The position numbers were made by a program, and so were the translations under genes. Below the pieces are notes generated by a model, which was not told the origin of the DNA, searched no databases, and was given only the letters and a program-made list of their open reading frames with translations. Shown one piece after another: positions 1-10,999 of a DNA stretch of 64,000 nucleotides. The first letter of the stretch is position 1; each line of letters starts with the position of its first letter. This DNA is from Eledone cirrhosa (taxonomy: Eukaryota). The stretch covers positions 159,278,001 through 159,342,000 of the forward strand of contig OZ024741.1 of assembly GCA_964016885.1 (NCBI GenBank), given 5' to 3'.

Positions 1-99
1 TATACATATATAATATGCATACATATATATATACATATATATATACATATATACATACATATATATATACATATATATACATACATATATATACATACA

Positions 100-2133
100 T
101 TACTAAATGAGGAGAATGCATGGGAAGAAGAGACCCTACCCCACGTAGACCCTATAGAGGGACCAGCAGTACAAGTCAGCGGCAGCGTAGTAAGTAAGGC
201 AATCAGAGATATGAAGATAGGGAAGGCAACCGGTCCATCGGGTATAGCTGCCGAGATGCTGAAGGCATCTGGGTCTGTAGGTCACACTATAACCACACGT
301 ATCGTTAACCAGGTAATACTAGAGGGGGCCATACCAAAAGATTGGTGCAGTAGCATCATTGTCAACTGCTACAAAGGTAAAGGCGATGCACTAGATAGAG
401 GAAACTATAGAGGTATAAAGTTGATGGACCAGGTCATGAAAGTAACAGAAAGAGTTATAGCACAGCTGATTAGGGACCGGGTGAATATAGACGAGATGCA
501 ATTTGGGTTTGTACCAGGGAAAGGCACCACTGATGCGCTCTTCCTTGTGAGGCAATTACAGGAAAAGTACCTAGCTAAAAGTAAGCCACTCTACTTGGCA
601 TTTGTCGACCTTGAGAAAGCCTTTGACAGAGTTCCACGTGCAGTAATCTGGTGGGCTCTTAGAAAACTAGGAGTAGATGAATGGCTTGTGAAAGCGGTAC
701 AAGCCATGTATAGGGGAGCAGTCAGCAAAGTTAGGATTGGCAATGAGTATAGCGAGGAATTTAGCGTACAGGTTGGGGTCCACCAGGGCTCTGTTCTTAG
801 CCCTCTCCTGTTCATCATAGTCCTGCAGGCAATAACGGAGGAGTTTAAGACCGGATGCCCATGGGAACTCCTGTATGCTGATGACCTCGCACTCATAGCT
901 GAATCTATGGTAGAACTAGAGAATAAATTCCAAACCTGGAAGCAGGGACTAGAGAGAAAGGGCCTCAAAGTCAACATGACAAAGACTAAGGTCCTTATAA
1001 GTAGACGAGAAAACAGAACCCAGATCCCCTCAGGGAAATGGCCTTGCTCAGTATGTAGGAAAGGTGTAGGTAGGAACTCCATTCTTTGCCCCAAATGCAA
1101 ACAATGGGTACACAAGAGATGTAGCGGGATCTCAGGAAGCTTAATTAAGAATGTAGGATTCACATGCAGCAGCTGTGCTGAAACAGCAAGCAAACAGCCA
1201 CAGGAAACAAGTACCACCAATCTCTGGGAGGGCCCTGTAGAAACAGTAGACAGCTTCTGCTACCTAGGTGACCGAATTAGCAACGGAGGTGGGTGCTCAG
1301 AAAGTACGATAACTAGGGTAAGAACGGGATGGAAGAAGTTTAGGGAACTACTACCACTGCTAGCTGCAAAAGGCTTCTCCCTCAGAATGAAAGGCAGACT
1401 GTATGATGCGTGTATCCGAACAGCGATGTTGCATGGTAGTGAGACCTGGGCGCTGAAGGTGGAAGACTTACGTAGATTAGAGAGAAACGAAGCCTGCATG
1501 CTCCGATGGATGTGTAACAGTAATATACGTGAACGACAAAGCATAAATGAATTGAGAGAGAGACTGAGCATAAGAGGAATCAAATGCTGCGTGCAGGAGA
1601 GGCGGTTACGCTGGTATGGACATGTGATGCGTATGAAGGATGACAGCTGCATAAAAAGGTGCAGAGCACTAGAAGTTGATGGAAACCGCGGAGTGGGGAG
1701 ACCCAAGATGACTTGGGATGAGGTGATAAAAGCCGACCTTACCCAACTACACCTCTCAAAGTCAATGACACACGACCGTGACTTCTGGCGTCACGCAGTA
1801 ATACAGGGTACCCGACCTCCCATGGGTACATGCTGAAGCATATAAACAATATGCCCCCCCCCCCACCGCAAGGTGGTCGTGGAGGTGCCACGGCAAAAAA
1901 GCACCCAGCCCACACTGTAAAGTGGACGTGTAGGCGCCACGAAAAAGCACCCAGCACTCACTGTAAATGAGGTTGGTGTTAGGAAGGGCATCCAGCTGTA
2001 GAAATCAAGCCAGATCAGTTCCTGTATGAGCAAGGCATGGTCAGCCGACCAGACACTGCCCACAACAGGACAACCCGTCTAACCCATGCTAGCGTGGAAG
2101 AACGGACGTAAAACGGTGATGATGATGATGATG
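100..2133 (+). mobile_element. 5'-truncated RTE-clade non-LTR retrotransposon with 3' UTR and (GAT)n tail
   Basis: Starts abruptly after a (TA/TACA)n tract. RT ORF runs to 1836. The 3' UTR carries GGTTGGTGTTAGGAAGGGCATCCAGC and ends GGACGTAAAACGGTGATGATGATG. Confidence 0.93.
211..1836 (+). CDS. RTE reverse transcriptase (C-terminal part) with an internal PHD-like Cys/His finger; frame is open upstream to about 100
   Basis: Motifs KATGPSG, NYRGIKL, QFGF, FVDLEKAFD, GVHQGSVLSP, LYADD, YLG, LRWYGHVMR, GRPKMTW. The finger is CSVC..CPKCKQWVHKRC..CSSC. Confidence 0.9.
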   Translation: MKIGKATGPSGIAAEMLKASGSVGHTITTRIVNQVILEGAIPKDWCSSIIVNCYKGKGDALDRGNYRGIKLMDQVMKVTERVIAQLIRDRVNIDEMQFGFVPGKGTTDALFLVRQLQEKYLAKSKPLYLAFVDLEKAFDRVPRAVIWWALRKLGVDEWLVKAVQAMYRGAVSKVRIGNEYSEEFSVQVGVHQGSVLSPLLFIIVLQAITEEFKTGCPWELLYADDLALIAESMVELENKFQTWKQGLERKGLKVNMTKTKVLISRRENRTQIPSGKWPCSVCRKGVGRNSILCPKCKQWVHKRCSGISGSLIKNVGFTCSSCAETASKQPQETSTTNLWEGPVETVDSFCYLGDRISNGGGCSESTITRVRTGWKKFRELLPLLAAKGFSLRMKGRLYDACIRTAMLHGSETWALKVEDLRRLERNEACMLRWMCNSNIRERQSINELRERLSIRGIKCCVQERRLRWYGHVMRMKDDSCIKRCRALEVDGNRGVGRPKMTWDEVIKADLTQLHLSKSMTHDRDFWRHAVIQGTRPPMGTC

Positions 2134-2180
2134 AATATGCATATATATATATACATATATATACATACATATATATATAC

Positions 2181-2219
<39 letters not shown>

Positions 2220-2298
2220 CATATATATACATACATAATATGCATGCATATATATATACATATATATACATACATAATATGCATGCATATATATATAC

Positions 2299-2331
<33 letters not shown>

Positions 2332-2362
2332 CATACATATATATATACATATATATACATAC

Positions 2363-2411
<49 letters not shown>

Positions 2412-2414
<3 letters not shown>

Positions 2415-2561
2415 TCATCATCAACGTTTAACGTCCGTGTTCCACGCTTGCATGGGTTTGGACGGGGGTTTTCCCACTTGAGGCAAGAGTGGTTGTCTTG
2501 CTCGCATAGGACTGTCTGGAGGGTTTTCTACAGTTGGATGCCCTTCCTAACACCAACCACA

Positions 2562-2562
<1 letters not shown>
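2412..2562 (-). mobile_element. Isolated RTE/SINE 3' tail
   Basis: Reverse complement of the AGGAAGGGCATCCA...GGACGTTAAACG(ATG)n tail seen at 1975-2133. Confidence 0.8.
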
Positions 2563-2592
<30 letters not shown>

Positions 2593-2597
2593 ATATG

Positions 2598-2632
<35 letters not shown>

Positions 2633-2717
2633 TTATGTATATATATATATATTTATGTATATATATATATATTTATGTCTATATATATATATTTATGTCT
2701 ATATATATATATTTATA

Positions 2718-2772
<55 letters not shown>

Positions 2773-2793
2773 GTCTATATATATATATTTATA

Positions 2794-2836
<43 letters not shown>

Positions 2837-2907
2837 GTCTATATATATATATTTATATATATATATATATTTATGTCTATATATATATATTTATATCTAT
2901 ATATATG

Positions 2908-3175
2908 ATTTCTACAGCTGGATGCCCTTCCTAACACCAACCTCATTTACAGTGAGTGCTGGGTGCTTTTTTGCCGTGGCACCTCCACGACCACTTTGCA
3001 GTGGAATGGTAGGGACCCCAGTCCCTATCATCTCATTTCTACAGCTGAGTAAACTGGAGCAATGTGAAATAAAGTGTCTTGCTCAAGGAAACAACACATC
3101 ACCTGGTCTGAGAATTGAACTCACAACCTTTCGATTGCAAGGCCAATGCCCTAACCACTAAGCCATGTGCCTCCA
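2908..3175 (-). mobile_element. tRNA-headed SINE with CORE-like body and RTE-derived 3' part
   Basis: Minus strand: A-box TGGCTTAGTGG, B-box-like GAGTTCAATTC, body CCTTGAGCAAGACACTTTATTTCACATTGCTCCAG. The 3' part (2908-3005) matches the RTE 3' UTR at 1870-2005. Confidence 0.75.
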
Positions 3176-3177
3176 TC

Positions 3178-3226
<49 letters not shown>

Positions 3227-3286
3227 GTATGTATATATATATATTTATATATACGTATATATGTATATATATATATATATATATAC

Positions 3287-3508
3287 AGTCCACGCTGTAA
3301 TGTGGCCGTGTAGGTAACACGGTAAAAACCTCCCAGCCCCACACTGTAAATGTGGTTGGTGTTAGGAAGGGCATCCAGCCGTAGAAAACCCCCAGACAGT
3401 CCTATGCGAGCAAGACAACCACTCTTGCCTCAAGTGGGAAAACTCCCGTCCAAACCCATGCAAGCGTGGAAGATGGACGTTAAACGGTGATGATGATGAT
3501 GATGATGA
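3287..3508 (+). mobile_element. Isolated RTE/SINE 3' tail with (GAT)n
   Basis: Same tail motif as 1975-2133. Confidence 0.8.
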
Positions 3509-3537
3509 TATATACATATATATATATATATATATAT

Positions 3538-3975
3538 TTCGGTGTGCCCGGCCGAATGAACTCACTCGATATGCAAATTAGGCTGCTCAGCCGTTAATAT
3601 GCATAAGGAAAGTATATACTTTCAGACGTTCAACCATCTGTCAGGAAGGTATACGATGCTGACGATAGCTAATAAGCTTGAAACTAGTACATCGTTCCTG
3701 TGTCAGTGTTGAACAAAAAGGTGACGTGGTTGCCTAAACACTGTACGGCGTAATTCGGGCTCTTTGTTTACAAACAAACAAACCGAGCATTATAATAAAT
3801 GTTCGGTAAACCGATACGTGCATTTATATATGTGTGCATGTATGTATATATATATACATACTACTGTACGTCTGTATATATATATATGTATGTACGTATA
3901 CATACATACATACTTACATTTAAGTAAATGCCGTACTAAGAGTGAGAAATGAAATTTCGTTTCATTCTATTTTAT
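3538..3975 (+). repeat. Non-coding HHR-bearing interspersed repeat (second copy at 37299-37648)
   Basis: 3619-3970 is closely similar to 37299-37648; both copies are flanked by (TA)n. Confidence 0.85.
3653..3695 (+). ncRNA. Minimal type I hammerhead ribozyme
   Basis: ACGATG-CTGACGA-t AGCT aata AGCT t-GAAA-CTAG-TA-CATCGT: 6-bp stem I, palindromic stem III, GUA cleavage triplet. Confidence 0.8.
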
Positions 3976-3977
3976 AT

Positions 3978-4858
3978 CATCATCATCGTCATCATCATCT
4001 TTTAACGTCCATCTTCCATGCTAGCATGGGTTTGGACGGGAATTTTCCCACTTGAGACAAGATTGGTTGTCTTGCTCGTATGGGACTGTCTGGCGGGTTT
4101 TCTACGGCTGGATGCCCTTCCTAACACCAACCACGGGCTGGGAGGTTTTTACCGTGTTACCTACACGGCCACATTACAACGTGGACTGTGCGTTTTTTTG
4201 TCGTGACACCTACACGCCCTCATTTGTTTCGGACTGGATGTTGTGGTACCAACATAATTTACATTGGAAGGGGTGGTGTGGATGGGTTGGGGTAAGAGGG
4301 GCGGGGTGTATTTTATTAGAGGTGCCTACTGACTGTAGTAGGTTATACTTTGTAATTAGGTAAGGCGGGTCTTCTCTATTACTGAGTACCGCCAAAGGTC
4401 TCGGTCCAGTGACATTGTCTTGGAGAGGTGTAAGTGTGTGAGGTCGGAGTTTATCAGCTCGTCCCAGGTTTTCCTAGGTCTGCCTATTCCGTGGCTACCA
4501 TCTATCTTTATTGCCCTGCACTTTGTTATACAGCTATCGACTTTCATGCGCATCACGTGTCCATACCAACGTAGCCTTCTCTCGAGTAAACAACATCTGA
4601 TCCCTCTTATTTCTAATTTTTTCCTTAGTTCGTTTATGCTTTGCCGTTCACGTATATTGCTATTACACATCCAGCGGAGCATTCAAGCTTCGTTTCTCTC
4701 TAGTCTGCGTATATCCTCTGCAAACAATGCCCAGGTCTCACTGCCATGCAACATTGCTCTTCGTATGCAGGCATCATACAACCTGCCTTTCATTTTTAGG
4801 GAGCTAATAGTGGTATAAGCTCTCTGAACTTTTTCCATCCAGTTCTGACTCTAGCTCT
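3978..4858 (-). mobile_element. Diverged, 5'-truncated RTE copy (C-terminal ORF remnant, 3' UTR, tail)
   Basis: ORF 4356-4682 reads MLRWMCN..LRWYGHVMR..GRPRKTW. The upstream part is frameshifted. The tail is at 3978-4130. Confidence 0.88.
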
Positions 4859-4861
4859 AGC

Positions 4862-4949
<88 letters not shown>

Positions 4950-4952
4950 CAT

Positions 4953-6016
4953 GGCCCTCTCCTGTTCATCATAGTCCTGCAGGCAATAACGGAGGAGTTT
5001 AAGACCGGATGCCCATGGGAACTCCTGTATGCTGATGACCTCGCACTCATAGCTGAATCTATGGTAGAACTAGAGAATAAATTCCAAACCTGGAAGCAGG
5101 GACTAGAGAGAAAGGGCCTCAAAGTCAACATGACAAAGACTAAGGTCCTTATAAGTAGACGAGAAAACAGAACCCAGATCCCCTCAGGGAAATGGCCTTG
5201 CTCAGTATGTAGGAAAGGTGTAGGTAGGAACACCATTCTCTGCCCCAAATGCAAACAATGGGTACACAAGAGATGTAGCGGGATCTCAGGAAGCTTAATT
5301 AAGAATGTAGGATTCACATGCAGCAGCTGTGCTGAAACAGCAAGCAAACAGCCACAGGAAACAAGTACCACCAATCTCTGGGAGGGCCCTGTAGAAACAG
5401 TAGACAGCTTCTGCTACCTAGGTGACCGAATTAGCAACGGAGGTGGGTGCTCAGAAAGTACAATAACTAGGGTAAGAACGGGATGGAAGAAGTTTAGGGA
5501 ACTACTACCACTGCTAGCTGCAAAAGGCTTCTCCCTCAGAATGAAAGGCAGACTGTATGATGCGTGTATCCGAACAACCATGTTGCATGGTAGTGAGACC
5601 TGGGCGCTGAAGGTGGAAGACTTACGTAGATTAGAGAGAAACGAGGCCTGCATGCTCCGATGGATGTGTAACAGTAATATACATGAACGACAAAGCATAA
5701 AGGAATTGAGAGAGAGACTGAGCATAAGAGGAATCAAATACTGCGTGCAGGAGAGGCGGTTACGCTGGTATGGACATGTGATGCGTATGAAGGATTACAG
5801 CTGCATAAAAAGGTGCAGAGCACTAGAAGTTGATGGAAACCGCGGAGTGGGCAGACCCAAGATGACTTGGGATGAGGTGATAAAAGCCGACCTTACCCAA
5901 CTACACCTCTCAAAGTCAATGACACACGACCGTGACTTCTGGCGTCACGCAGTAATACAGGGTACCCGACCTCCCATGGGTACAAGCTGAAGCATATAGA
6001 CAATATGCCCCCACTC
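4953..6016 (+). mobile_element. Second near-identical copy of the RTE 3' half, cut by the assembly gap
   Basis: Matches 800-1865 with roughly a dozen substitutions; ORF 5061-5990. Confidence 0.92.
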
Positions 6017-6216
6017 NNNNNNNNNNNNNNNNNNNNNNNNNNNNNNNNNNNNNNNNNNNNNNNNNNNNNNNNNNNNNNNNNNNNNNNNNNNNNNNNNNNN
6101 NNNNNNNNNNNNNNNNNNNNNNNNNNNNNNNNNNNNNNNNNNNNNNNNNNNNNNNNNNNNNNNNNNNNNNNNNNNNNNNNNNNNNNNNNNNNNNNNNNNN
6201 NNNNNNNNNNNNNNNN
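6017..6216. other. Assembly gap (200 N)
   Basis: Run of n. Confidence 0.99.
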
Positions 6217-6329
6217 TGTGTGTGTCTCCGTGCATGTGTATGCATATAGTGTACTTGTATATGTTGAATATGTGTATGCATGTGTGTATATTACACACAC
6301 ACACACGCGCGGAGACACACACACATATA

Positions 6330-6380
<51 letters not shown>

Positions 6381-7197
6381 TATGTGTGTGTGTGTGTGTG
6401 TGTGTCTCCGTGTCTGTGTGTGTAATATACACACATGCATACACTATATATTCTACATATGCAAGTACACTATATGCATACACATGCACACCAGCGGGAT
6501 AATGAGGAGTGGAAGATGGGGAGACAAACAGAGAAAGAGAGGGGGGGAAAGAGAGGAGAGAGAGAGCGAGACCCGGAACTAAAAAAAAAAAAAATGATTG
6601 GTGCGGGCGGTGGGATCGAAGGGGAGACGGAAAAAAGCGATTGGGATTTTTCTCTTTCATACACACATAGATCTCCCCCCCCCCTCTCTCTCTCTCTTTC
6701 TCTCTCTCTCGTTCTCTCTCATATATATATATATTAGTGTATTTTTTAAAGCATCTGTACTTTATAACACTATACGTTTGTGTTTGTGGAACATGTGTAT
6801 ATATATATATATATACACATGTATATATATGTGTGTGTGTGTGGCTATTTATACGACAAAACTTGAAAGCAGGTCAACATAGAAATCAATAGATGCTTCT
6901 CTCCCCACCCTCCCCAATCCAACATTATAATCACCTCCCCCTCCACACTATCATATCTTTCTCCTCTATCATTGCAATCCTGCCCCCTCCCTCTCATTTT
7001 ATTAGTCTTACCTTCTCCTGCTATCCAACACCCCGCCCCCACTTTTTTCTTAATATATTTTCTTTTTCTTCTATCAGTCTGATTTGTTCGTTGGATTTGT
7101 TCGAATTTCTTTTATTTTTTTGCTTTCAAATTTAACTTTCATTATAACACATTTTTTTCTTTCACACATGCTCTCTCTCTCTATATATATATATATG

Positions 7198-7264
<67 letters not shown>

Positions 7265-7354
7265 GATGCCTCTATGCATTATGGTATTGTATCGATCTGT
7301 ACATTTTCGATATATATAAATATGTATGTATATATGTGTGTGTGTGTGTGTGTG

Positions 7355-7402
<48 letters not shown>

Positions 7403-7454
7403 GTGTGTGTGTGTGTGTGGATATATTACATTCAATTTGCGTAGCCTAAAAGCA

Positions 7455-8185
7455 AAATGACTGACCACCGAAGTCCTGATTGGGGAATTACTCTTTGCTG
7501 ACGATATTGGCCTCACTGCTCACAGCGAAGTTGCACTTCAAAGATTGACAGAGTCTAGCAAGAGCCTACAATCTGTTCGCCTTGACTATTAGTGTCAACA
7601 AGATTGTGTTGTTGGGCCAAGGTACAGACTCAGTTCCGATCATAAATCTGAGTGGAAATGCTCTGAAGTCAGTAGATAAGTTTGATTACTTGAGAGCCTC
7701 CAAAAAACCTAGCACGCTATCTCTTGATGAGGAACTGGACAGAAGAATTGTGAAAGCATAAGGAAATAACAGGCTGAATTTAAAGACTAAAATTCTGATC
7801 TACGAGATGTTTGTCATTTCAACTTCTTTATGGGAGTGAGACTTGGGCAATATACATAGGGTAAGAAAGAAGACAACAGCTTTCACAGGCGCTATTTAAG
7901 GAAAATCCTCAATTTCAAATAGCAATATAAAATCTCTGATATAGAAAAGCTCCAGAGAACAGATGTTCCGTCACTCTACCCAATTCTTAGATCAAGACGA
8001 CTGAGATGGCTTGGTCATGTCTCTACAATGGAGGAATCCAGAATCTCCAAACAAGTGCTGTATAGAGAAATAGCAAATGGAAAAAGGGAGCATAGGACGC
8101 CTTAATCTGCGCTTAGAGTTCTCCATTAGTGTTCTTAACGTGTTCTCCATTGATGAAGGAATATGGGAAGGTCAAATGTATTGGG
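7455..8185 (+). pseudogene. Degenerate RTE-BovB-like RT fragment
   Basis: Manual translation: [28 protein letters not shown] ... LRSRRLRWLGHVSTMEESRISKQVLYREIANGKR, with stops and frameshifts. Confidence 0.85.
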
Positions 8186-8200
8186 AGAAGATATATATAC

Positions 8201-8287
<87 letters not shown>

Positions 8288-8413
8288 AAGTTTTATTTAA
8301 ATTGTTGGGTTACAACGAGTAAATATTTATAACTGATATAAAAGCACTCAACAAGTATTTGGAGTATATTTACGATATTAAATAAATGGAAACTATATTT
8401 ATAAAACCATATT

Positions 8414-8479
8414 TATTTCATTATATATATTTCAGGGATATCATATTAAAAATATGGTATGCCTTCATCAGACAAAATA
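8414..8479 (-). ncRNA. Minimal hammerhead ribozyme motif in a repeat (8285-8520) also present at 18001-18240
   Basis: Minus strand: TATTTTGT-CTGATGA-AGG..CCT-GAAA-TATATA-TA-ATGAAATA. Confidence 0.6.
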
Positions 8480-8729
8480 CAATATAAACAGTCTTATAAA
8501 TAGATAGATTTGACATACCTTACAACATCAACTTCCATTTAAAAAGTTGATCCTGATAAAATGCTAAAAAATGAGAGGCACGAATGTGGCTCTTTAAACC
8601 AGCCAAAGACTTGCACCCTCTGGCACATATATGACAACTGTAGGCTCCTCCAGGACTTTCCGTTGCTTTGTTCTGCTTCCTATGGCGCTATTACGGTTAG
8701 AAACACACTTTTACACACATACATATAGA

Positions 8730-9007
8730 TATATCGTTTAAGAAAACACATAGTATTTTACACACATGTACAAAGCAAATAATATTCAGGAAAATACACG
8801 TACTTTAAGGTGCAAAAAAGTCACAGCTTCCTTACAGCTCTGTTTCATAGTTTAAAAAAATCGAAGTGAACAATCGATCTAAGTAATCAATTATCGATTA
8901 CCAACTATGATACGACTTTTTCCACCTTAAAGTACGTGTATTTTCCTGAATATTATTTGCTTTGTATATAGGTGTATAAAATACTATGTGTTTCTTAAAC
9001 GATATAT
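8730..9007. repeat. Inverted repeat (arms about 8730-8822 and 8914-9007)
   Basis: AAATAATATTCAGGAAAATACACGTACTTTAAGGTG versus CACCTTAAAGTACGTGTATTTTCCTGAATATTATTT. Confidence 0.88.
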
Positions 9008-9886
9008 GACTCTTTCTCTCTCAATATATATATATATCTATATCTTTTAACTTGAATTATTGATGCTCTGAACCAAGGTCCATTGAGCTTATTTATCGAG
9101 AAACATGATCATCATACATATTAAATATGTATTGATACCTTAACATAGTGTATATATATGTGTGTGTGTGTGTATACACACACACACACACATATATATA
9201 TATATGTATATTTTATATATATATTTGTGTGTGAAGAAATATATTATTAATTTTACGCTTGGTATAGTAGGAAAAGTGACAGTGGCTAGGGCTTATTGAA
9301 GTAAGCGCAAACGTATGTGTGGTAGATTAAATAAATTGTGGAGGGGAGTTGAGTCCATTAGAGAAACTGGACCCAAGACGTAAAATCAGACTCTGCTCAG
9401 TCATGGAGTGCCAGGCCAGCGATCCGTGGTGTAAAAGGTCACCAATGACTGAAACGGAGGAATGGCCTGGGAACGGAAATGACGAGCGACAAGGGATTCC
9501 ATGCCGAGTTATATGTCCCTCAAGTGTTCAGCGAAACGGTCCGCCAGGCGGCAGCCTGTTTGTTCGATATATATGGACCCGCAAAGGAAACACCAGAGAG
9601 CATAGATTACATGATTGGATGTGTAGGCAAAGGACTGGTGGAATGGAAAAAACCGTTAGTGCATGAGAGAGTGCTGAGGTTAGAAATAAAGGGACAGGTA
9701 TTACAGCGGGGACGAGAACAGAGATGGGAGCCGGGTTGAGTCCTCGGGAAGGAAGGGAAGGAACTGCGTACCAGGAGGTCACGTGGCTGGCTGGTGTAGT
9801 AGTAAGCCGTTATATATCCAGGCTGTGTTGTCCAGGAGAAGAGGCATATGATTGAGTGAGTTAGAATCACAGGACAGCCTATTTAT

Positions 9887-10075
9887 AATTGTTCCTACAT
9901 TTTGGCACAAGGTCGGCAATTATCCCAGTGCATTACTGGTACTTTATTTTATCGACCCCGTAAGGATGAAAGGCAAAGTTAACCTCGGCGGGATTTGAAC
10001 TCAGACGGCAAAGAGACGTAACCCTATGCTGCAAAGCATGGCGTCCGACACTCTACTGATACTGCCATTCCACCT
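9887..10075 (-). mobile_element. tRNA-derived SINE (main family)
   Basis: Reverse complement of GAGTTCAAATCCCGCCGAGGTTAACTTTGCCTTTCATCCTTACGGGGTCGATAAAATAAAGTACCAG. Confidence 0.9.
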
Positions 10076-10789
10076 AAGACAACTAGTTATTTTACTGATA
10101 GATAACAGATGGCTCAAGAATATATTCTTCTTCCTAGGACTGGTGCCGTAAATCCTCCCATCGGGAGAATTTATCTATTGTCTTCTTTGCGTGGTCGCAA
10201 GTCACTTACTTGGTGGCCGTGTCTGGAAGGGAAAAGAAAACACCGTGGGAAAACATTTCTTTCGATGCACATGTGCCACTGCCTTCCTTTCTCTCTACCC
10301 CTTTATGATTGCCATCACCCGTGTGTGTGATTGTATGTGTACGTACAAGTATATATGCAAGGTTAACTGTGTTCACATGTGTGCGTCTGAATAAACCCAT
10401 ACACACACATCTACGCCTACGCACCTACCTAACCGGTCAATCGCTGCCTTTGCCTGCGTTGGTCAGTTCATGTGCGCGCACACAGATACTCTAACACTTC
10501 CAGCAACTACGTCAGCATGTCACGGTTTGATGCACATCAGACCTTCATAACCTAACTAAAAATATTCTTTGACTATATCTCTTTTAAAACTTTCCTATCT
10601 AAGATACATTCTGACCCCCACTTCCCAAAATGGCTGACTAAACACATATGTATTTCCCTCCTCTAAAATTGTATCATCTCTGAGAACTAACAATCGACAG
10701 TGAAATAATGTATGATTGTGAACATGATAATTTTGACGACCAACATTTGAATATATGATTATATTGACGAATACATGAGCAGCAGCACG

Positions 10790-10955
10790 CAGAGGTGGCG
10801 AATAAACAGTCATTAGGGTGTCAGATAGAATGCTTTGCAAGATTCATTCTGATACTTTGCACTCCGAGTTCAAATCCCACCGAAGTCAACATTGCTTTTC
10901 ATTCTTTCGAGGTTGATAAAAAAGTGCCAGTCCTTTACTGGGGGATGGGGTCAAT
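10790..10955 (+). mobile_element. Diverged SINE (main family)
   Basis: GAGTTCAAATCCCACCGAAGTCAACATTGCTTTTCATTC. Confidence 0.7.
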
Positions 10956-10999
10956 TCTTCCGCTATGTCGCTATGTCGAACGAGCATCCTCCACCTCCA

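Noticed and set aside
591-1706. Antisense ORFs over the RTE (and similarly over the Tx1 and Helitron)
   Set aside because: Shadow frames of the sense RT or helicase sequence.
2015-3374. Many ORFs rich in YI/IY/VC/TH here and across the window
   Set aside because: Translations of (TA)n, (CA)n and (TACA)n microsatellites; no coding evidence.
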